A stretch of 64,000 bases of DNA, taken from NCBI GenBank assembly GCA_964478715.1, contig CAYZIY010000011.1:1980-65979 (forward strand), read 5' to 3'. This stretch comes from an uncultured Planctomycetales bacterium (GTDB lineage Bacteria; Omnitrophota; Gorgyraeia; Zapsychrales; JBDRMG01). Both the position numbers and the translations under genes were made by a program. The notes under the pieces were generated by a model. The model was given only the letters and a program-made list of their open reading frames with translations. It had not been told where the DNA came from and did no database searches. Below are positions 1 through 9,801 of this stretch, one piece after another. Each line of letters begins with the position of its first letter. Positions within the stretch are counted from its first letter, which is position 1.

Positions 1-19
1 AATAGCCAATTTGCTATAT

Positions 20-48
20 AGCTTAACGTATTCCTCATGCATTGTCAA
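20..48 (-). promoter_or_regulatory. possible sigma70 promoter for the next gene beyond the window's left edge
   Basis: Minus strand TTGACA-N17-TAAGCT just downstream of the helD-like stop codon. Confidence 0.35.
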
Positions 49-72
49 GATAAAATCTCGCAGAACAAGTGG

Positions 73-2157
73 TCAGCTTAGGAATGTAGTGATGCTTCCC
101 GTAAAAGTAAGGGTCAATCGATGCATGGCGCGGGTACAGGCGATATAAAGCAGGCTTCTGTCCATAACGTTTGAATAATTGACATATGTGCCCTCGGGCA
201 CAATGACCCGGTCAAACTCCAGGCCCTTGGCCATGTGCGCGCAGCAGATAAGAACTCCCTGCCTGAAAACCGAACTATGCGAGGTTAATAGATGAATTTT
301 ATGGACGGATTGATGAAGACGTTCGTGTAATGTTTCCGCCTGTTTCTGGGTTTTGCAGATTATCCCAAGAGAGTGGTGGCCGGATTCCTGAAACTCGTTA
401 ATGATGTTTATTATCTTGGATATCTCATCTTCGGCGTTTTTGCAGGACAAAATACGCGGGGTTTCGCCTCTGCGTTCTATCGCCACAAGGTCATCGTTGG
501 GCTGAATCTTTTGCGCGAATTGGGTTATTTCATAGCTCGAGCGGTAGCTTTTACACAATTTCACACAGTCAGCTTCTTTAAAAACCTCATTGATTTTTTC
601 CGCGGATGACGAACTGAACGGATTAACCGATTGATTGGCATCTCCCAGGATCGTTTTTTTACAAGAAAATAATTCTGAAAGAACCGTATACTGAATCGGT
701 GTATAATCCTGCATCTCATCGATAAGCAGATGTTTCACGCCGCTATAGGGGCTTTCAATTCCTTCAAGCCGCATCTTAAGATAAATCAAGGGAAAGGCAT
801 CCGAATATTCAAAAACAGAATTCTTTATCGGCTTAAAGAGCTTGGGCCGCCCCATCCACGCGTAAAATTCTTTATAGGCACTTCGAAGAGTCGGCAGTGA
901 AAACATTTTTCTTACGGCTTTTTTTATTGCCGCGCGTTCTTGGGATGTAATATCGTAATGGTAACAAATTCCTATATTTTGCTCGATCTCCCCAGCGAGC
1001 TTATCTAAACGTTTAAAAACCGGCATGCCGCGCGCGTCGTTAAAACGTTCTTCCATAAACCATGAAGGCACCAGCCTGCCGTTGATGATTATATCCTTGG
1101 CATGAAAGCAGGTCTTATCAATATGACGGATATATTCATCCAGTTTCGATACAAATTCGACGGAGGATTTCTCCTGAATGCGCTTACGCAGTGCATCATC
1201 ATTCTTTTGTAGAAGCAAAGTGACCTGTTCAAAAAACGTCTGGAATTTATATTTGTACCCCAAAAGCTGATGTGCCAGTTTTTCCATCTCGATTTCAGGG
1301 ATATTTTCTTCACCCAGTTCCGGCAGGACGTTAGAGATATAGTCCGCAAAAACCTTGTTCGGCGAAAGAATAAGGATATCCTTTGAGGAAACAGTGTCTT
1401 TAAACCGGTAAAGCAGAAATGCGATGCGGTGAAGCGCGATGGAAGTCTTGCCCGATCCGGCCACTCCCTGGATGATTAACACCTGCGAATTTTCATTGCG
1501 GATAATGGCGTTCTGGTCGCGCTGAATGGTAGCGACAATGTTCTTCATCTTATCGTCGGAGGCGCGGCTCAGTTCTTCCTGCAGGATATCGTCATGGATA
1601 TTAAGAGCGCTCTCAAGCATAAACTCCATCTGGCCGTTACGGATACGGTATTGCCGCTTTAAAGTGATTTCACCCGAGACGGTTCCGTCCGGGGATTCGT
1701 AGCGGGCTTCTCCTGTTTCGTAATCATAAAACATGGTCGAAACCGGCGCGCGCCAGTCATAAATGAGATTTTTATTCTCATTCTCATCAAAGAAGGCGTG
1801 AATCCCGATATAAACCGGCAGGGATTGCGTTTTCCCTTGTTCGATAAAATCAAAACGCCCGAAATACGGTGAGGTTAGCAGCTTCTGGATGCGTTTTTGT
1901 TTGGCGAGCATTGCCTGTCCTGTCAGTACGGACATGTCGATAGACTGGCGCACCGATATTTTCTCGGCGTGGTCCATCCCGGTCTTATTTTCCCAGAGAA
2001 AGTTCTTGTGCTCCCTGATCTCGCGCGCGCGGCTTGCCACCTTATTGTGAATTTCAGCGAGCGCCCCATGGAGCATATTCTTCACTTCTTCCAAGAATTG
2101 TTTTTCGTCGGTTTCGGTTCTATTGATCATAACATTTTCAAAAGACGCGTTTTTCAT
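73..2157 (-). CDS. helD: HelD-like SF1 helicase/ATPase (RNA polymerase recycling factor)
   Basis: SPYFGRFDF and YDWRAP N-terminal motifs, IVATIQRDQ, Walker A GVAGSGKT, DEMQD, KGLEFD, YIACTRA. Confidence 0.82.
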   Translation of the reverse strand: MKNASFENVMINRTETDEKQFLEEVKNMLHGALAEIHNKVASRAREIREHKNFLWENKTGMDHAEKISVRQSIDMSVLTGQAMLAKQKRIQKLLTSPYFGRFDFIEQGKTQSLPVYIGIHAFFDENENKNLIYDWRAPVSTMFYDYETGEARYESPDGTVSGEITLKRQYRIRNGQMEFMLESALNIHDDILQEELSRASDDKMKNIVATIQRDQNAIIRNENSQVLIIQGVAGSGKTSIALHRIAFLLYRFKDTVSSKDILILSPNKVFADYISNVLPELGEENIPEIEMEKLAHQLLGYKYKFQTFFEQVTLLLQKNDDALRKRIQEKSSVEFVSKLDEYIRHIDKTCFHAKDIIINGRLVPSWFMEERFNDARGMPVFKRLDKLAGEIEQNIGICYHYDITSQERAAIKKAVRKMFSLPTLRSAYKEFYAWMGRPKLFKPIKNSVFEYSDAFPLIYLKMRLEGIESPYSGVKHLLIDEMQDYTPIQYTVLSELFSCKKTILGDANQSVNPFSSSSAEKINEVFKEADCVKLCKSYRSSYEITQFAQKIQPNDDLVAIERRGETPRILSCKNAEDEISKIINIINEFQESGHHSLGIICKTQKQAETLHERLHQSVHKIHLLTSHSSVFRQGVLICCAHMAKGLEFDRVIVPEGTYVNYSNVMDRSLLYIACTRAMHRLTLTFTGSITTFLS

Positions 2158-2204
2158 AACCGATATAGCGCTCCTATAATAAAAATAAAAACCCTGTGTA
2201 CAGA

Positions 2205-3656
2205 TTATTTGTTCATTCCCTTTATGAAGCTCCGTTTTAAGGAATCGCCCAGTCTTCCCTTTTTCAATTCCCCCCAGAGAGCGGCAACGAGCAAAACAGG
2301 TATTTCTAATACAAAAACAACGAGTTCCATGGGTGTAAAAAACTTTACAATAAAAATATTCTTAAAAAGTATTTTCAAAAAGCGTCCGGGCGTATAAAAC
2401 ATAAAGCGCATGCGCCGTCCTATTTTCTTTAATTTGGCATGGCTGTATTGATCCGAATATAATTCGCCGCGGTCGGTAATATGATAACCGGGTGTTTTCT
2501 GGGCAATTTCCCGAAGAGCTGAAAATTTTTCAATCCGCAGTTTATTAAAGGTAATTCCATCAACTCCTATTTCTTTCGCGAACTTTGGAATACACAACAT
2601 CTCCTCTTCCGTCTCACCGATATTGCCAAAAATAAAATAACCGTGAAAGTATATAGGAAATTGATTAAAGACCTTAAAAGCATCTCTGATCTGCTGTGAA
2701 GTAAATCCCTTATGAAACTGCTTTAAGATCCAGTCATGCGGAGACTCTATGCCTACCAGAAGAACTTTAAAACCAGCCTTAACCATTTTTTCTAATAACA
2801 CCGGATATTTGGCGATATCAATTCGGGTCTGGGCAATATAGCGTTTTTTGATTTTACGCTTGATGATTTCATCGCATAACCGCTCGGCCCGTTTCTTACT
2901 GGCAAACACCTCGTCATCCCCAAAAAGTATGACCCCGGCCTTTGAACTTTCGATTTCATCCACTACCGATGAGATATTGCGCTCAGAATACTTCCGTTTT
3001 TGTCCCAGCGGATTCATGTTAAAGGTGCAAAACTTACAGTTAAACGGACAGCCACGGGCTGTCAAAACCGAATCAAATGAAAGATTCGCCACGCCTACTC
3101 CGTGTAAACTTAGACGATAATCATAGCGCCTTAAACTCCTGTCGAAAGCAGGGATATCGCTAGCATTTTGAAAGGCACGAAAATCATTGTGAACCAGATT
3201 GCCGTTATCCCGAAAAGAAATGCCCAGTATGTCTTTTAGAGGCCTGCCTTCCAAAATCTCTTTTATTGTCGCCTCTCCCTCGCCGCGCACGACAATATCG
3301 ACGTTGGGACATTTTTCTAAAAGTTCAACCGCCCGTTCCGTTGCTTTGTATCCGCCGGCTACTAAGGTGATGTCGGCGGGCAGATGGTTTAACAGTCCGC
3401 AGATCTCCTCAAACTGCCTGTCCCAGGTAATACTTACACCGATAAAATCAATACCTTGCTCTTTAATAAAGGATAAAAGGTTGTCCGCCTCACAGAGCTT
3501 TGTCTCTTGCCTGAGGTCCATGATAGTGATTTTATCGATAAGTTCTTTGGCGCTAGTGGCAATATATTCCAGCCCCACAGGCGGATAAATACGCATGGCA
3601 CTCGTTGAACTGCTTTCACGGTATGGATTTAAAAATAAAGCGTGTTGATATCTCAT
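2205..3656 (-). CDS. B12-binding domain radical SAM protein
   Basis: N-terminal PPVGLEYIA...VAGG...VVRGEGE cobalamin-binding-type domain; RGCPFNCKFC CxxxCxxC; GIES motif. Confidence 0.9.
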   Translation of the reverse strand: MRYQHALFLNPYRESSSTSAMRIYPPVGLEYIATSAKELIDKITIMDLRQETKLCEADNLLSFIKEQGIDFIGVSITWDRQFEEICGLLNHLPADITLVAGGYKATERAVELLEKCPNVDIVVRGEGEATIKEILEGRPLKDILGISFRDNGNLVHNDFRAFQNASDIPAFDRSLRRYDYRLSLHGVGVANLSFDSVLTARGCPFNCKFCTFNMNPLGQKRKYSERNISSVVDEIESSKAGVILFGDDEVFASKKRAERLCDEIIKRKIKKRYIAQTRIDIAKYPVLLEKMVKAGFKVLLVGIESPHDWILKQFHKGFTSQQIRDAFKVFNQFPIYFHGYFIFGNIGETEEEMLCIPKFAKEIGVDGITFNKLRIEKFSALREIAQKTPGYHITDRGELYSDQYSHAKLKKIGRRMRFMFYTPGRFLKILFKNIFIVKFFTPMELVVFVLEIPVLLVAALWGELKKGRLGDSLKRSFIKGMNK

Positions 3657-3774
3657 GTGTTATTCACATATCCTTCCCATGTCATTGATGATAGATAGGC
3701 CGGGAATTGTAATGGCCGGAATCATCAACGTTGTTGTTAATAAAACCTGAATCCTTATGAAGCAGCAAGAACTG

Positions 3775-4758
3775 TCATATGTCCTGGTTTTGCGGGTACT
3801 TCTTTTTAAAAAGCCGCTGGGCAAGCATGGATATGTGCGAACGGCCTTTATCTCCGTCTTCAAGCGCGTTTATCCATCGCTCGGGAATCGCCGCAGCTCC
3901 GTGAAAAGCACCGGCCAGAGCTCCTGTCATCGCCCCGATGGTATCACTATCTCCTCCCAGGTTAACCGCGTATACAACAGCGTCCTCAAAACTTCCGGGA
4001 TGAGACAGAAATGAATAAAGCGCGGCAGGCCAGGAATGCAATGCCGTTACGTCATTGCCCAGCAAGCTAACGACTTCGCTTTCATCCGGGAACTTTCTCA
4101 GCAGCATTCTTACATTTTTTAACGCCTGATAGAAAATACGCCCTTGTTTAGAAACCGAATCAAAGAGCTCGGATAACGTTTCCGCCGGGTCGAAATCACG
4201 CGATACATGCCGCTTTTCTATCATAATGGCGATAACGCGGGCTTGCAAATAAGCGCCTTCACAGGCTACAGGATGGTAGTGCGTCACCCGGCTCTGCTCA
4301 TAAGACGCCCGCCTTAAAAGATCCGGTTTGTCCGAATAAAAGAGCCCTACGGGAGCCGAGCGCATAACAGAACCGTTTCCGTAAGACCCTCCGGGAAAAA
4401 CCGTTAAAGCCGCTTCATTGACGCCGGTTCCATTGCGAAGCAGATCAAGGATCCGCCGCGTGCCCGGGCCATATCCGCGCCATTGGTGAAAATTGTCTAA
4501 AAAAGACCGGGCCAAATCCTCTTTATCCACTTTTTCCATTCGGATAAGTGATTCGGCCAAAGCGATCATCATTTCAGTATCATCGGTATATGTTCCTCTG
4601 CCCGCGCGTGAATCGACCATATCTTCTAAAACCCCGTATTGATATTTGATCTGTTCAGCCGTCCAGCCTTCAACAGGCATGCCCAGCGCGTCCCCTGCGG
4701 CTGTCCCCAAAAGAGCGCCTTTAAAACAGTCCAGTGTTACCACGCGCGCCATGTTCAT
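3775..4758 (-). CDS. ADP-ribosylglycohydrolase (DraG/ARH family)
   Basis: GDALG, YTDDT, GNGSVMR, GGDSDTIGAMTG motifs. Confidence 0.92.
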   Translation of the reverse strand: MNMARVVTLDCFKGALLGTAAGDALGMPVEGWTAEQIKYQYGVLEDMVDSRAGRGTYTDDTEMMIALAESLIRMEKVDKEDLARSFLDNFHQWRGYGPGTRRILDLLRNGTGVNEAALTVFPGGSYGNGSVMRSAPVGLFYSDKPDLLRRASYEQSRVTHYHPVACEGAYLQARVIAIMIEKRHVSRDFDPAETLSELFDSVSKQGRIFYQALKNVRMLLRKFPDESEVVSLLGNDVTALHSWPAALYSFLSHPGSFEDAVVYAVNLGGDSDTIGAMTGALAGAFHGAAAIPERWINALEDGDKGRSHISMLAQRLFKKKYPQNQDI

Positions 4759-4965
4759 ATAAGGTCTTTGCTTCTCACGATATTTACGCCCACTTTATTC
4801 ATTTCATCAAAAGCACTGTCGATATCTTCTTCATGCCGATTGACCCCTTTGCAGGCATCTTCGATAAAAGTTGTTTCAGATCCTAATCGTGTCTGCGTTT
4901 TTAACCGCAAGCGCGCCACCCGGACAAGAATCATTTTTCAAATCAATCATGATAAGTGTTTTCAT
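4755..4965 (-). pseudogene. pncA: nicotinamidase/pyrazinamidase pseudogene with internal deletion and frameshift
   Basis: Manual translation. ATG at 4965 gives MKTLIMIDLKNDSCPGGALAVKNADTI (PncA N-terminus). An offset frame gives LGSETTFIEDACKGVNRHEEDIDSAFDEMNKVGVNIVRSKDLI* (PncA C-terminus). The stop overlaps the next ATG (ATGA), and an RBS-like AAAGGA lies upstream. Confidence 0.85.
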
Positions 4966-5031
4966 GTTCCTTTACATCCTTTTAAGACGACAAAAGTATT
5001 TATACATTTTAATGTGTTTTCTTGAAACACC

Positions 5032-5730
5032 CTATTTCCGCGCGAAAAACAGCCAGTCGGTATGCTTTTCGTCATTGAGAAACTTATGCTTAAAGCACAC
5101 CGGCTCAATACGGACTTCAGGAAAAACTTCATCAAGGGCGCTGGCGAAGGCCGAATTTTTTGCGTACGACCACACGCCCAGCACTCCGCCTTCGGCTAAA
5201 TGTTTCTTTGCTTTTATAAGGCCCTCCCGCGTATAAAATTGCCTGCCTTTAGTATCCAGGCGTTCGTCGGGGGAATGGTCGACATCAATCAAAATCATAT
5301 CAAACTGCTTCTTCGGTATTTCGCTGAGCCTGGCGTAAATGTCTCCTTGGGCCACTCTCAACCGCCTATCAGCCTTAAGTTTACCGCCAAGCGGTATCAG
5401 CCCTCTCTCCATCCATCCGATCACCTGCTTTAAAAACTCCACAACCTCTACATGGTGAACCAGGTCACAGCGAAGCGATTCATAGGCGGTGTATCCCAAC
5501 CCAAGGCCACCGATCAGGAGATTCAATTCTTTTCCTTTGTGCATTTCGATAGCGATCGACGCCAGGGCGCGCTCGGAGTCTGTGTGATGACTGCTCATCA
5601 GAAATTCATGGTTAAGCGTAATCTCTGTCACGGTCGCCCCGAGCTCTTGAAGAAGGTTTCTCTTTCTTAAACATAACACTCCTAACGGCGTCTCTTCATA
5701 CGCGAGTATTGTTACGTTTGATGAATCCAT
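5032..5730 (-). CDS. spermidine synthase-like SAM-dependent transferase
   Basis: LIGGLGLGYT SAM-binding motif, VEVVE, FDMILIDVD, GGVLGVWS. Confidence 0.8.
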   Translation of the reverse strand: MDSSNVTILAYEETPLGVLCLRKRNLLQELGATVTEITLNHEFLMSSHHTDSERALASIAIEMHKGKELNLLIGGLGLGYTAYESLRCDLVHHVEVVEFLKQVIGWMERGLIPLGGKLKADRRLRVAQGDIYARLSEIPKKQFDMILIDVDHSPDERLDTKGRQFYTREGLIKAKKHLAEGGVLGVWSYAKNSAFASALDEVFPEVRIEPVCFKHKFLNDEKHTDWLFFARK

Positions 5731-5823
5731 TTTCTACCCTATCTTTATCCTCGACAGAAAAATTTTTTAAAATACTTCTTCCGCGTTAAGCGCGTTTATC
5801 CTGACCGGAAAAATATCGACCAC

Positions 5824-7032
5824 TTACATCTGTTCATGCCTTTGCGCGGCAGGCAATTGCCTGCTTATAAAAACAGCGGCCAAAATGACGCCCATGGATC
5901 CGGCGCTGATAAACGTAAAATTAAATCCCTGATCCAGTAAGAATCCAAAGAATGCGGGGCTCAATGCTGTGCCAAATACCGTAATTGACGAAAGCGCGGC
6001 CCTTATGCCGCCTAAATTTCGCGTCCCGTACACTTCGGCCAAAAGCGCGGTACTCAGAGTACTGCTGAATCCGACCGAAACGCCTGTTAGTATAAAATAA
6101 ATGGGCGCGATGAGCGGATGGCTGAATATGGAAAGAACTAAAAGGCCAAGAGCGAAAGGAATCAAATAAAACGGGAAGACCGCCATAGCGGAAAACCTGT
6201 CGATCAATTTTCCTCCAACCAATGAAAAAACAGTCCGTCCGGCCGCGAATCCAAGGAATGAACCCGTAATCCACTTCACCGTCCATCCTTTCTCCTGCGC
6301 CAAAAGAAGCTGATAAAAAAACAAACCCGTTATTGTAGAAAACAATACAAAAGAATTAAACGCGATAATATAAAACCGCTTGTCCTTTAATAACCGCTGT
6401 CTGGAAAAAACAGGGATTTCGCCTGGCAGGCTCTCCTTTGGCCTTATCTGGATATTCTTATTCTTTAAAGCTGTTAAAATAAACGGAATCAAAATGAGAC
6501 TGACGAATGCGGCGCTAAGAAACAAAGATCCGCGCCAGCCGGCGTATAAAATCACCATGCCGATTGTGATCGGGAAAAAGGCCTCACCGGCTGAATACCC
6601 TAAAGCGGAAAGGCTTAAGGCCATGCCGCGCTTGGAATCGAAAAACCTTGAAATGGACGTTTGGGAAATATGCGTAAGCAGACCCTGCCCGGCAAGCCTG
6701 AGCCCCCAAAGCCCCAAAAATACTAAAACAGGATTGACGGAGAAACCTAGAAGCGAGCAGGAAGCCATCAAAAGAAAAACTGCCGCGAGGGTATAATCGC
6801 GCAGATGAACCTGATCTATGAATTTGCCGAGAAAAGCGAGAGTCAATCCGCTCATGATCGTGGCTGACCCGTATATCATCCCGAATGAAAAACTGCTTAA
6901 ATGAAATTCGTTCATAATATCCGGCACATACAGAGAAATCAGAAACGTCTGTCCAAAGCTGGAGAAGAGAGCCAAAGAGAATCCAAAGGAAATGAGTTTT
7001 TTATTGTTCAGGAAGAAGAAAAGGTATGACAT
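5824..7032 (-). CDS. MFS transporter
   Basis: About 12 hydrophobic segments; SSFGQTF; GKFID and GKLIDRF motif-A repeats. Confidence 0.9.
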   Translation of the reverse strand: MSYLFFFLNNKKLISFGFSLALFSSFGQTFLISLYVPDIMNEFHLSSFSFGMIYGSATIMSGLTLAFLGKFIDQVHLRDYTLAAVFLLMASCSLLGFSVNPVLVFLGLWGLRLAGQGLLTHISQTSISRFFDSKRGMALSLSALGYSAGEAFFPITIGMVILYAGWRGSLFLSAAFVSLILIPFILTALKNKNIQIRPKESLPGEIPVFSRQRLLKDKRFYIIAFNSFVLFSTITGLFFYQLLLAQEKGWTVKWITGSFLGFAAGRTVFSLVGGKLIDRFSAMAVFPFYLIPFALGLLVLSIFSHPLIAPIYFILTGVSVGFSSTLSTALLAEVYGTRNLGGIRAALSSITVFGTALSPAFFGFLLDQGFNFTFISAGSMGVILAAVFISRQLPAAQRHEQM

Positions 7033-7042
7033 TTGCCGATCA

Positions 7043-8080
7043 TTATTCTCTTAAATTAGTTCGGGCGTGTAAATAATTTTCAATAATTTCCCCTATACGG
7101 CGGGCCGCAATCTTGTTTGCTTTTCTGTTAGGATGCGAGTCAGATCCCTCCACCCAAAGGTCGATGTCTTTCCGGCCGTAAAATGACGGGGTCAGATCAT
7201 ATGCCTCAATATCGTATGAAGAAAAAAATCTAAGCATAGTATCATGTATCGGATGAAATGGATGTTTTTCGTCGAGTTTATATAATTTGGGGTAAATCAC
7301 CACAATGAGTTTGAAATTCATGGCCTCCGACATTTTCTTAAAATCAAGAAACGCCTCTTTACACTCTTGAAGTTCTTTCGATTCCGTGCGATAAGGCGTA
7401 AAATATTCGTTTATTGTTGTTTTTGTGAGAATGTGTTTATAGTATGCTGTCCGTATCGTGGTCAACAGCCTTGAGGAATACCATTTCTTTTTCTGTTCAA
7501 TAATATTATCAAGCTCTCTTTTTAGGTCAACAGCGCCGCAATTAGAACAGACATCTGCCGCGCAGTCATTGATCAGGAAGCCTATAATTACCATATCGGG
7601 CTTATAGCGTGATGTGTATTTCCGAAAAAGATCATATTGGAATTGCGTGTCCGCTCCTGGCCGGCCCCCGTTTAAAATTTCTATATCATCCCATCCGGCT
7701 TCATGAAGATACTTTTCCGTCAGCTTTGGCCAGCTGCTGGCGTTGGTCAATTTAAAGCCATAGGTGAAAGAATCTCCCACGGCCAGTATCCGGAATTTTT
7801 CTGTCTGAAGAGGATATTCGGCATCCCGTAAACCCAGAGAGTTGCTTTCTCCTTCCAAGGTCATCCCGTTAAGCACGGATGTTCCAACATCCGATACCTC
7901 AACGTGATTCCAATTATTTGCTCTATCATTCTCTGCATAATGCCAATTGATTGCAATCGGCGCAAATTCAAAAAACCTTAAAATTATTTCTCCAACAAAA
8001 AAAGAAAAGACAAGCGACAAAACGACCAAAAAAGCATTATTGAAAACATATTTCTTATATTTTTTGTTATTCATATTCAT
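7043..8080 (-). CDS. SGNH/GDSL hydrolase family protein, N-terminally membrane anchored
   Basis: N-terminal TM; NSLGLRD, GDSFTYG (block I), NGGRPG, IND, DSHPN (block V). Confidence 0.85.
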   Translation of the reverse strand: MNMNNKKYKKYVFNNAFLVVLSLVFSFFVGEIILRFFEFAPIAINWHYAENDRANNWNHVEVSDVGTSVLNGMTLEGESNSLGLRDAEYPLQTEKFRILAVGDSFTYGFKLTNASSWPKLTEKYLHEAGWDDIEILNGGRPGADTQFQYDLFRKYTSRYKPDMVIIGFLINDCAADVCSNCGAVDLKRELDNIIEQKKKWYSSRLLTTIRTAYYKHILTKTTINEYFTPYRTESKELQECKEAFLDFKKMSEAMNFKLIVVIYPKLYKLDEKHPFHPIHDTMLRFFSSYDIEAYDLTPSFYGRKDIDLWVEGSDSHPNRKANKIAARRIGEIIENYLHARTNLRE

Positions 8081-8103
8081 GGGATAATAAAAAGGTTTTT
8101 TAA

Positions 8104-9045
8104 TTAAAATGATATATTAAAGGCTTCATTATTTATTCCTTTATATGCGTGTCCCTCTGCGTCGCAAGGATTGCAAAATCCGTAATCATGGCACAAAAAA
8201 TAATCCTGAGGCACATTAATATCTAAACCTTTCTGAAGAATATTCCCGAGCTTATCCGAATGCCCAGCATAAAGCTTGTAATGGCAGTTATATATGTCAC
8301 CGTTCGGAGCGAAGAGCACCTTGTGCATACGGCAGAATATATCCTGGCGCCCCCTCTGGCCGAAACCTTCTCTGTAGTCGCAATAATTTCGTATGCCGTC
8401 TTGCTGTTGATATTCTATACCACAGCCCGATTCATTAGGATAAAGCTTGTCTTTATCGTACCCTGTAAAGCGCTGAAGTTTTACAAGAGGATGCACGTTA
8501 CGCAATCTCTTCCTGTAGCTCTTGACATCTGCGCTATGTGCCGGATGGGCTACTATAAATACATTATGAGTGAAAAGTCCCGTTTTTTTAACTCTTTGAA
8601 GATTCTCGATGAATTTTTCGATTGGCATATAAAGAAAATGGTAGGAAAAATTAAATTTAAGCCAGTTTTTTCTTTTTATTTGCTTAAGCAGCGCGGCGTC
8701 TTTATAAAAAGGAGAGCACAGATTTGATGTTACCGTTATATTCCAATCGTTGTCCAGATTATTAATAATATACGCAAAATCGGGATGCAATGTCGGCTCA
8801 CCGCCCGTAATGGATATTTTTTTGCGTTTGGCTTGCCTTAGAAAACGTTTCTGGCGCCTGCCTTTCAGGCTATTTAACGATTCAACCCACTTTCTGCCGC
8901 TTATTATGGGATATTTCTTTGTGGGCACGGCCGGGGCCGTTATCTTTTGCACGCAGTACTCACAGCTTAAACTACAATTTAGATTTAAAAAAACTCCGTA
9001 ATAACTGTTAAATGTGTTATGAATCGTGCGCAAATTTTGTGACAT
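8104..9045 (-). CDS. radical SAM protein with C-terminal Cys-rich (SPASM/twitch-like) region
   Basis: CSLSCEYC, ITGGEPTLHP, C...PNGDIYNC...LGNI, C-terminal CHDYGFCNPCD. Confidence 0.85.
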   Translation of the reverse strand: MSQNLRTIHNTFNSYYGVFLNLNCSLSCEYCVQKITAPAVPTKKYPIISGRKWVESLNSLKGRRQKRFLRQAKRKKISITGGEPTLHPDFAYIINNLDNDWNITVTSNLCSPFYKDAALLKQIKRKNWLKFNFSYHFLYMPIEKFIENLQRVKKTGLFTHNVFIVAHPAHSADVKSYRKRLRNVHPLVKLQRFTGYDKDKLYPNESGCGIEYQQQDGIRNYCDYREGFGQRGRQDIFCRMHKVLFAPNGDIYNCHYKLYAGHSDKLGNILQKGLDINVPQDYFLCHDYGFCNPCDAEGHAYKGINNEAFNISF

Positions 9046-9123
9046 AGATTACCTTTTTCAAGAATAACTGTCTGCGGCCAACATTTCTTAACAAAAATCG
9101 ATTAGTTTCGCTTCGCGCGTTTT

Positions 9124-9801
9124 CTATCCAAAATACTGCGCTAATCTTCCCTCAAATCTTAAAGCAGAAAAACCAAACTGAGATTTAATCTTTGCGAGGG
9201 TGCTTTTTTGATAAAAAAATACGTGTGTGGGGTCATTTTTATAATACCATCTTTCGAAATCAGTATTCTCTGAAAATAAATCAGTCATGCAAAACAACAC
9301 GCCCGTGGATTTTAAAAGAGACCGCAGGCGTTTAAACTCTTTCGCGGGCGAATGAAAATGCTCGATCACTTCACAGCAAATAATAAAATCATACTTCAGC
9401 TCAAGAGCCGCGGGATTGTTCCAAAAATACGGGTCGTATAACTCAATGGAATATCCTTTATCCCGAAGAAGCTTGGCGGCAACCGGTCCTGTCCCCGCGC
9501 CGTAATCCAGCCCCTTGCGCTCTTTGCCGAACATCTTTTGCACCCTATAAGTAATGGGTTCAACAAATTTCTGGTACCCGGGATCATCGACATTGTTGTT
9601 ATGTTCCTCGTATCTTCTCTTCTCGGACTCCGGTGGAATAAAGCGCGTCCGGTCCAAAAACACCCCCAAACAGCACTCACACTGATGATATGTTCTGTTA
9701 GGTATTTCAAGAAAAGAGTTCGCGGGCCCCCCGCACAGAGGGCATTGGGCTGATGGAATTTTCTCTTTGTCCCTGGTGACAATATTATCGGGTTCTCGCA
9801 T
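9124..9801 (-). CDS. class I SAM-dependent methyltransferase with N-terminal Zn ribbon
   Basis: CPLC...CECC ribbon, GLDYGAGTGP, YDFIICCEVIEH, WYYKNDPTH. Start uncertain; the ORF track start at 9867 overlaps prfC more deeply. Confidence 0.8.
   Translation of the reverse strand: MREPDNIVTRDKEKIPSAQCPLCGGPANSFLEIPNRTYHQCECCLGVFLDRTRFIPPESEKRRYEEHNNNVDDPGYQKFVEPITYRVQKMFGKERKGLDYGAGTGPVAAKLLRDKGYSIELYDPYFWNNPAALELKYDFIICCEVIEHFHSPAKEFKRLRSLLKSTGVLFCMTDLFSENTDFERWYYKNDPTHVFFYQKSTLAKIKSQFGFSALRFEGRLAQYFG

Noticed and set aside
3660-3863. 67-aa minus-strand ORF bridging the ADP-ribosylglycohydrolase and radical SAM genes
   Set aside because: It overlaps the upstream gene and has no recognisable motif or RBS
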